Part shown: positions 24,973-31,121 of the stretch, piece after piece
How the letters are laid out: each line of letters opens with the position of its first letter
How positions within the stretch are numbered: position 1 is the first letter of the stretch
Origin: a virus
Taxonomy: Duplodnaviria; Caudoviricetes
Direction: 5' to 3' (one strand)
Length of the DNA stretch: 31,121 nt
Virus record (IMG/VR): IMGVR_UViG_3300030376_001126
Coordinates: 1-31,121 of that record
Made by a program: the position numbers and the translations under genes
The notes under the pieces: generated by a model
What the model saw: only the letters and a program-made list of their open reading frames with translations
What the model was told of the DNA's origin: nothing
Databases searched by the model: none

Positions 24973-25688
24973 TGGCATTTGTACATGGTAAAGATTCGGT
25001 TATTTTATTAAATCAACACAATTTAAGTCAATATTTTAATAATGTAGATTTTAACAGAACTGCTGATATTGCAGAAACAACTGCATTTGGTAATGACGAT
25101 AAGAATTATATTGCAGGCGATAAAGACGGTACTGTTAGTTTAACTGGTATGTTTGACACAACTGCTGACGCTATATTACAACCACTTTTAGGGTCTTCAA
25201 CAGATACAAGTGTTTGTATTGGTGCAGACGGTATCACAGACGGAAAAAGTATATTTTTTGGAATTGGACCAATAACTGGGTATGGACAATCAAGCCCTGT
25301 TGGTGATGTAGTTGCAACAAGTTTCGATCTACAAGCAAATGCAGGTTTATTTAATGGATTAGTATTAGACAATGCAACAATAACTGCAACAGGTAATTCA
25401 ACTGCTACTGATAATTCTTCAAGTACAGCAAATGGTGGTGCAGGTATAGCAGTTGTTACATCTGTATCTGGTACATCAACACCAACTGCAACAATAAAAA
25501 TACAACATAGTTCTGATGATTCAACCTATGTTGATTTAGTAACTTTTACAAATTTCACTGCCGTAGGATCACAAGTAAGTGAGGTTGCGAGTGGAACAAC
25601 TATAAATAGGTATCTAAGAGTCAATTATACAATTACCGGAACTAACCCTAGTTTCGCATGTGTTGTTGGCTTTGGAAGAGTAGGATAG
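24972..25688 (+). CDS. Tail tube protein paralogue with C-terminal beta-domain extension
   Basis: N-terminal ~125 aa paralogous to 25699..26109 (MAFVHGKDSV, TAD.AETT..G.D.K.YIAG.KD, SSPVGDVVA.S.DLQ). Confidence 0.75.
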   Translation: MAFVHGKDSVILLNQHNLSQYFNNVDFNRTADIAETTAFGNDDKNYIAGDKDGTVSLTGMFDTTADAILQPLLGSSTDTSVCIGADGITDGKSIFFGIGPITGYGQSSPVGDVVATSFDLQANAGLFNGLVLDNATITATGNSTATDNSSSTANGGAGIAVVTSVSGTSTPTATIKIQHSSDDSTYVDLVTFTNFTAVGSQVSEVASGTTINRYLRVNYTITGTNPSFACVVGFGRVG

Positions 25689-25698
25689 GAGACAAAAT

Positions 25699-26109
25699 AT
25701 GGCATTTGTACATGGTAAAGATAGTGTATTCAAACTTGATAATTCAGGTGGATCACTTACTGATATAAGCACTTATGTAAATACTGTGGACTTTCCAGAA
25801 ACAGCAGATGTAGCTGAAACAACAACTCTAGGTGCAGATAATAAAACCTATATTGCAGGTTTGAAAGACGCAACCATTTCTCTTGGTGGAGTATGGGACG
25901 CAACTGCAGACGCAATATTTGGTGCAGTAGTCGGTCAAGCCGCTACCTTATCATTTGAATATTCACCAGAAGGCACTGCCTCTGGAAAAATCAAATATAC
26001 AGGCGAGTGCATAATGACAAACTATGCTATATCTTCACCTGTAGGAGATGTTGTTGCATTTAGCTCTGATTTGCAAGTATCTGGTGCAGTTACACGCGGA
26101 ACACACTAG
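25699..26109 (+). CDS. Major tail (tube) protein
   Basis: 136 aa, AGGAG RBS, immediately before the chaperones and tape measure. Confidence 0.85.
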   Translation: MAFVHGKDSVFKLDNSGGSLTDISTYVNTVDFPETADVAETTTLGADNKTYIAGLKDATISLGGVWDATADAIFGAVVGQAATLSFEYSPEGTASGKIKYTGECIMTNYAISSPVGDVVAFSSDLQVSGAVTRGTH

Positions 26110-26118
26110 TATTAAATT

Positions 26119-26457
26119 ATGAGTAGTAAAAAACGACTTACGCTAGAAGATTTAGCTAGTTTACCAACAGTACCCACTGAAGAAATATTTATTGATGAGT
26201 GGGATAAAACAATATTGGTACAAGGTATTTCAAAAGCAACACAAATAAAACTAGGTCGGCTTGTCAACGCAGAAGACACAGACGCATTCGATTACCAAAG
26301 AGAATTGCTTAAGGTTAGTGTTGTCGAGCCAAAATTAGATGATGACGCAATAAATATGCTCTATGAAAAAGATTCAACAATAGTAGATAAGATATTTCTT
26401 GCATTAAATAATCTAAATGGTATTGGAGGTACAGGCGACTTAGCCGACCAGTTTTGA
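26119..26457 (+). CDS. Tail assembly chaperone (gpG-like)
   Basis: Position between tube and TMP. Ends CAG TTT TGA. Confidence 0.85.
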   Translation: MSSKKRLTLEDLASLPTVPTEEIFIDEWDKTILVQGISKATQIKLGRLVNAEDTDAFDYQRELLKVSVVEPKLDDDAINMLYEKDSTIVDKIFLALNNLNGIGGTGDLADQF

Positions 26458-26650
26458 AAACGATTCTGAATTAGCCTTTGATTTTAAGCTAGCTCGTGAT
26501 CTAGGTTTAACTGTTGGTGAACTAAGGCAGAAGATGTCTGTGCTAGAATATCAGCAGTGGATAGGTTTTTACCTATACGAGAAAAAACGCAGAGATTACC
26601 AAATAGCAATGCAAGAGGCAGAGATGAATAAACAAAGGTCTAAAAGATAA
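26453..26650 (+). CDS. gpT-like chaperone extension, reached by frameshift
   Basis: +1 frame FENDSELAFDFKLARDLGLTVGELRQKMSVLEYQQWIGFY...* carries the gpT-like LA..LG.TV.EL..MS..E..W..Y motif. Stop overlaps the TMP ATG. Confidence 0.8.
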   Translation, partial: FENDSELAFDFKLARDLGLTVGELRQKMSVLEYQQWIGFYLYEKKRRDYQIAMQEAEMNKQRSKR

Positions 26651-29013
26651 TGGCAGTAGCAGATATATTTATTCGTATTGTTACTAAAGGTGCCGAATTA
26701 GCCAATAAGCAGATGTCTAATCTTGGTGGTACTACCAAGAAATTAGCGGGTATTGTAAAAGGTGCAGGAATTGCTTTTGCAGGTGGTCTTGCAGTCGGTA
26801 TTACAAAAGCCACTAGAGAATTTATAGAATTTGAAGACGCATTAAACCAATCTCTTGCAATCATGAACACAACGGTTGCACAACAAGAGAAGATGACACA
26901 AGCCGCTAGAGATGTTGCAACCTCTACAAGAATATCAGCAACAGAATCAGCAGAATCTTTCTTTTTCTTAGCGTCAGCAGGTTTAGACGCAGAACAATCT
27001 ATTGCAGCTTTACCACAGGTTGCTAAGTTTGCACAAGCAGGTATGTTTGATATGTCGTTAGCTACTGATTTAGCCACAGACGCACAATCTGCATTAGGTT
27101 TAACTGTAAATGACGCCAAACAAAACCTAGAGAATTTAACAAGAGTTACAGATGTTCTTGTTAAGGCAAATACACTAGCAAACGCAAGTGTTCAACAGTT
27201 CTCAGAAGCATTAACTACCAAGGCAGGTGCGGCATTAAAGGTTGTTAATAAAGATATAGAAGAGGGTGTTGCAGTATTGGCTGCATTTGCAGATCGAGGT
27301 GTAAAAGGTGCTGAGGCAGGCGATAAATTAAATCAAGTTCTTAGAGATATACCAAGAGCAACTGCAAAGAATAGTGAAGAATTTGCAGCTTTAGGTTTAT
27401 CTATGTTTGATACAGAAGGCAATATGAAAAATGTTGCAGATATTATCGAAGAATTAGATAGAGTACTTGGCCCTATGTCTGATGAGATGAAAGCGGCTAC
27501 TTTAGATCAATTAGGTTTAAATCGTGGTGTTGCAGACGCAGTAAAGATTTTAAGTGGTGCGGGGGATCAAATAAGAGAATATGAGGCTGCGTTAAGAAGT
27601 TCTGGTGGTGCAACGCAAGAAGTTGCAGATAAACAAATAGATTCATTACAAGGTCAAGCAGATATATTAAGAGATAGGTTTGCAGTATTAGGTGCAACCA
27701 TTGTAGAAGAATTTGAACCTGCTATTAGAGGTGCAATAGAGGGTACATCAGATTTTGTGGAATCCATGACAAATAGTTTACCAGAGGTCAAAGCATATTT
27801 TAAAGTGCTTAAAGAAAACACAGATACCTATGGTTTGTTTGGTGGTGTTGTAAGATTTGCAGTTAAAGGTAACCAAGAAATAGCATTTGAATTATCTAAA
27901 GTGGCTGAAAGACATAAGACAGCAGCAGATTTTGTTGAAAGAAACAGAAGAAGAAATCAAGAATATGCAGAAGAATTAAAGATTGCCAACATTCAACAAA
28001 TAGACGCAAGTAGAAATACAGAACGATACGCAATGGAACAAGACATGTTAGCAAGTTCATTAGGTCAAACAACAAACCAGATAGAAGACCAAGCTGATTC
28101 TGTAAATGAATTATCAAAAGAAATGGTAGATAATCAATTTAATGCGATTATGGCCATGATAGACGCAGAAGAGGCCTACAACGACATTATAAAAGATAAT
28201 GAAAAATTACTCAATAGGCGTAAAGAAAGAGAACAAGACAAAGCAGAGGCACAAAAAAGACTTACTGATGCAACCGATAAGGTTAAATTTTTAGAGGAAG
28301 AACTTATAAAAGCTAGAGAAGAGGCAACAAAGGTTACAGATGAAGAAAAACTAGCAATATTAAGACAAGAAGAGGCAGTAAGAAGATTAAATGATGTAGA
28401 AGATAAATCAGAGTTACAGAAACAAGAATTAATTGTTGCACAAAAAAGATTAAATGAACTTAAAAAAGAATCAGTAGGTGATGACCAAAATGTAATTAAG
28501 GTCATGAGAGAATTAGAATCAGCACGATCAGAAGAACAAAGAGCCTTAGATGATTTACAAGAATCTCAAGACAGATTAAATGACGCAACAAAAGAATATA
28601 ATGACGCAACTGCAAAGACACCTGCAAACCTTATGAGAATTGCAGAGGCAAAAAGAAAATTAGATGACGCAATTTCTGATGTAAAGGCATTTGATAATTT
28701 AAGAGGTGCTTTAAATTCTATTGCAGAAAGCACAGGTGAAACATTAAGTAAAATTTATTCTGATATAAGACGAGTAATGGATATGAAACCACCTGTAGAA
28801 ACTGTTAGCTCTAAACCACCACCAGTATTTGATACACCAAGTACTACCGCAACAGAAACATTGGCTAAAGATACAACCTCAATTGGTGGTAGAGGTGTAA
28901 CAACCTTAATTAGTCTTAAAAATGAATTTAATATAAGTGGCGAAATCAACTCTGATGAGGTCGCATTAAAGGCAATAGAGGCTCAAAAAAGAGGCCTAAA
29001 TGTTATCTTATGA
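26650..29013 (+). CDS. Tape measure protein (TP901-family core)
   Basis: 787 aa, Ala-rich. LASAG, D.L.KA...AN, G.KG.EAG..L, LGL..FD..GNMK motifs. C-terminal coiled coil. Confidence 0.95.
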   Translation: MAVADIFIRIVTKGAELANKQMSNLGGTTKKLAGIVKGAGIAFAGGLAVGITKATREFIEFEDALNQSLAIMNTTVAQQEKMTQAARDVATSTRISATESAESFFFLASAGLDAEQSIAALPQVAKFAQAGMFDMSLATDLATDAQSALGLTVNDAKQNLENLTRVTDVLVKANTLANASVQQFSEALTTKAGAALKVVNKDIEEGVAVLAAFADRGVKGAEAGDKLNQVLRDIPRATAKNSEEFAALGLSMFDTEGNMKNVADIIEELDRVLGPMSDEMKAATLDQLGLNRGVADAVKILSGAGDQIREYEAALRSSGGATQEVADKQIDSLQGQADILRDRFAVLGATIVEEFEPAIRGAIEGTSDFVESMTNSLPEVKAYFKVLKENTDTYGLFGGVVRFAVKGNQEIAFELSKVAERHKTAADFVERNRRRNQEYAEELKIANIQQIDASRNTERYAMEQDMLASSLGQTTNQIEDQADSVNELSKEMVDNQFNAIMAMIDAEEAYNDIIKDNEKLLNRRKEREQDKAEAQKRLTDATDKVKFLEEELIKAREEATKVTDEEKLAILRQEEAVRRLNDVEDKSELQKQELIVAQKRLNELKKESVGDDQNVIKVMRELESARSEEQRALDDLQESQDRLNDATKEYNDATAKTPANLMRIAEAKRKLDDAISDVKAFDNLRGALNSIAESTGETLSKIYSDIRRVMDMKPPVETVSSKPPPVFDTPSTTATETLAKDTTSIGGRGVTTLISLKNEFNISGEINSDEVALKAIEAQKRGLNVIL

Positions 29014-30278
29014 GTGTTGCTTTTGATTCTAATGTTAATATTACGGTAGAAATTGCTTTTGATTCTAACCCATTTGATACAAGCCCTAGTTTTACCGATA
29101 TATCTAGTTATGTAAGGTCATTTAATACCAGTAGAGGTCGTATAAATGAATTAGGACAATTTGGTGCAGGTAGAGCAACCATGATCTTATCAAATACAGA
29201 CAATAGATTTAACCCTACAAACACAAGTTCACCTTATTATGATTCATCAGCAGGAAAAACAAAAATACAACCATTAAAAAGGGTAAAAGTGTCTGCTGTT
29301 TATGATTCAACAACATACAGAATATTCGAAGGCTTTTTAGATAAAATACCAGTTTCTTACCCTGCCAGTGGTAATGATTCAGTTGTAACAATAACTGCAA
29401 GCGACGCATTTAGAATATTTAGACAAGCTGATATTCAAGCAAAAGGTTTTAGATTAGGCCTGCCTGGATTTTCTGAAATTGGACAATCTACAAGGTTGTC
29501 TTTTTCACCTACAACAAATGAATTATCAAGCACAAGGGTTACAAATATACTTGACGCAATTGGTTGGCCTTCTGATCGACGAGATATAAATACTGGTACA
29601 TTACAGGTTGGCAATCAAGCAGGTACAGATAATATATTAACTGCATTACAAGAATGCGAAACGGCAGAAAATGCACAATTCTTTGTAGCAAAAGACGGCG
29701 ATGTAACATTTAGAAATAGAGATTATAGGCTATCAAATACAAAAGCAATTAATGTGCAAGCAACATTTAGTAATGACGGATCGAATTTACCTTATGCTGA
29801 TGTTGGCGTTTCTTTTGATGATGAAGAAATTATAAACATTTATGAATGGTCAAAAGAGGGTGGTACAACACAATATACTGCAGACGCAGATTCAGTTTTA
29901 AATTATGGTGCTTTTCTTAGCCAAAAAACAACAATAAATGTATCGGACGCTAATGTTGCTTCTTTAATTCAACAAAAGGTGGCAGAAACATCACAACCAC
30001 AAATAAGATTTGATAAATTGGTAGTAAATCCAAGACAAAATACGCTATTATGGAATCAAGCACTTGGTAGAGAGTTTGGCGACAGAATTAAGGTAAAGGT
30101 TGTCAATCCAGATAGTTCAAGTTTTGAAGATGAGGTATTAATTGAAAGTATACAACACAATGTCTCGGCACTTGCACAATCATGGACATGGACACTAACA
30201 TTAAGCCCAGCAGGTTCTTCAGCATGGATTCTAGGACAAGCTAAACTAGGTGAGGGAACAAGATTTGCTTACGCATAG
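29010..30278 (+). CDS. Minor tail (distal tail/hub) protein
   Basis: Follows the TMP. DIS.YVR...RGR..EL..F.AG, L.N.D.RFNP.N..SPY motifs, as in actinophage minor tails. Confidence 0.8.
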   Translation: MSVAFDSNVNITVEIAFDSNPFDTSPSFTDISSYVRSFNTSRGRINELGQFGAGRATMILSNTDNRFNPTNTSSPYYDSSAGKTKIQPLKRVKVSAVYDSTTYRIFEGFLDKIPVSYPASGNDSVVTITASDAFRIFRQADIQAKGFRLGLPGFSEIGQSTRLSFSPTTNELSSTRVTNILDAIGWPSDRRDINTGTLQVGNQAGTDNILTALQECETAENAQFFVAKDGDVTFRNRDYRLSNTKAINVQATFSNDGSNLPYADVGVSFDDEEIINIYEWSKEGGTTQYTADADSVLNYGAFLSQKTTINVSDANVASLIQQKVAETSQPQIRFDKLVVNPRQNTLLWNQALGREFGDRIKVKVVNPDSSSFEDEVLIESIQHNVSALAQSWTWTLTLSPAGSSAWILGQAKLGEGTRFAYA

Positions 30279-30290
30279 AAAGGTATAAAA

Positions 30291-30764
30291 TTGGCAGGAG
30301 CAGGATTTAAAGTATACGCAACTGGTGATCTAATCACCGCAACAGAATTTAACACATACTTACAAGAACAAGTGATAATGGTATTCGCTGATTCAAGCGC
30401 ACGCGATTCGGCCATATCAAGTCCAAGTGAGGGTATGTTTGCTTATTTAAAAGATACAAACGCCCTTATGTTTTACAATGGCTCAAGTTGGGCTAGTTTT
30501 ATTGGCGAGGGCGACATAACAGGTGTAACAATTACAACCTCTGGTACATCTGGTTTATCTGGTGGTGCAACTGCTACCTCTGGTGCTTTTTCTTCAACAT
30601 TGGTTATTTCACCAAATAGCGCAACATCAGCAACAGTAGCTTCGGCAGATATAGTTTTGATCGGCGACGCAGATGATAGTAATAATTTAAAAAAGACAAC
30701 AGCAGGGGATATTGCCAATTTAGCAGGTGGTGTTTCTTTAGGATTAGTATTGGCTTTATCATAA
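30291..30764 (+). CDS. Minor tail/tail fibre N-terminal protein
   Basis: TTG start with AGAAAGG. G.K.+.TG..+TA...NTYL..Q..MVFA...ARD.AI..P.EGM..YL.DT motif. Confidence 0.75.
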   Translation: MAGAGFKVYATGDLITATEFNTYLQEQVIMVFADSSARDSAISSPSEGMFAYLKDTNALMFYNGSSWASFIGEGDITGVTITTSGTSGLSGGATATSGAFSSTLVISPNSATSATVASADIVLIGDADDSNNLKKTTAGDIANLAGGVSLGLVLALS

Positions 30765-30778
30765 GAAAGGAATAATTT

Positions 30779-31105
30779 ATGGCAGATACATTACATTCAG
30801 TTCAAGGTGTTTTAGGTACATCAGCAGGCGATATTGTTGACGCAGTACCTAGTTCAACAACTGAAACTGTTATAGGTATTTTGGTTTCTAATGTTAGTGG
30901 AAGTAGCGCAGATGTAACTATCGATCTAAGTGTTACAAAATCTGGTGGATCATTGAGACACATTTTAAATGATGTTTCATTACCATTTGGAACTACAATA
31001 GAAATTACAACCAAGATCACTTTAGAAACTGGCGATAAACTACAAGGCTTGTGTTCAGCTGCCTCTAGTGCAGAATACAATGTATCATTTTTGCGACAAA
31101 CCTAA
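30779..31105 (+). CDS. Tail-associated small beta protein
   Basis: 108 aa. VPS.TT..VIG..VSN, KI.LE.GD.L motifs common in marine phage tail modules. The next gene starts at 31117 (AAGGAG RBS) and is truncated. Confidence 0.7.
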   Translation: MADTLHSVQGVLGTSAGDIVDAVPSSTTETVIGILVSNVSGSSADVTIDLSVTKSGGSLRHILNDVSLPFGTTIEITTKITLETGDKLQGLCSAASSAEYNVSFLRQT

Positions 31106-31121
31106 AGGAGTAACTTATGGC

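Larger units (their letters stand above)
1..31121 (+). mobile_element. Tailed bacteriophage (siphovirus morphology predicted), near-complete genome
   Basis: Complete HK97-type head, terminase, tail tube, chaperone and tape-measure genes with no sheath. Dense single-strand gene layout with TAATG/ATGA overlaps. No host housekeeping genes. Confidence 0.97.

Noticed and set aside
26430-26475. Canonical -1 slippery heptamer for the tail chaperone
   Set aside because: No XXXYYYZ before the stop, and the -1 frame hits TAG within 8 codons.
15899-28949. Minus-strand ORFs opposite terL, capsid, tail and TMP genes (e.g. 15899..16324, 22032..22328, 26640..27119, 28176..28505)
   Set aside because: Fully overlap well-supported + strand genes and have no recognisable motifs.
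1-31121. GATC over- or under-representation
   Set aside because: A rough hand count (about 80) looks close to what base composition would give. No clear signal.
1-31121. tRNA, rRNA, attP/integrase or alternative genetic code
   Set aside because: No cloverleaf or recombinase motifs were seen. Genes are intact under the standard code, with TAA, TAG and TGA all used as stops.

Overview
The whole window is a low-GC tailed-phage (siphovirus-type) sequence with essentially every real gene on the + strand. It starts and ends inside the tail-tip module, so it is probably a near-complete circularly permuted genome missing part of the variable tail-fibre region. Order: tail-fibre-associated paralogues, a lysis-type cassette (DUF5675-like peptidoglycan enzyme, r1t-type holin, a giant acidic Thr/Pro-rich secreted protein, small membrane proteins), a metallophosphoesterase, an SLT-like transglycosylase, early genes, a ParB-like plus TET-associated-type glycosyltransferase pair, an HTH/Sak(Rad52)/replication-initiator module, many small ORFs, TerS, a PAPS-reductase-like gene, TerL, an HK97-type head, connectors, two tail-tube paralogues, chaperones, tape measure and minor tail proteins. 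AGAAAGG-type SD sequences, a probable leaderless start, the holin family and the minor-tail motifs point to an actinobacterial host. The low GC suggests an Actinomarina-like one (inference). Most notable observations: (1) an intergenic RNA hairpin whose loop is complementary both to an extended RBS shared by five early genes and to the loop of a hairpin in the late-operon leader; (2) a repeated AATCTWAGATT palindrome fused to -35 boxes; (3) a tail chaperone that needs a +1 rather than -1 frameshift at TTT-TGA; (4) unannotated TAATG-coupled micro-ORFs including a protamine-like poly-Arg peptide and a 12-aa CC..CC peptide; (5) strong GATGC/GATGG avoidance; (6) a DNA-glycosyltransferase-type gene with no visible TET, methylase or hydroxymethylase partner. 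All family assignments come from recalled motifs, not database searches.
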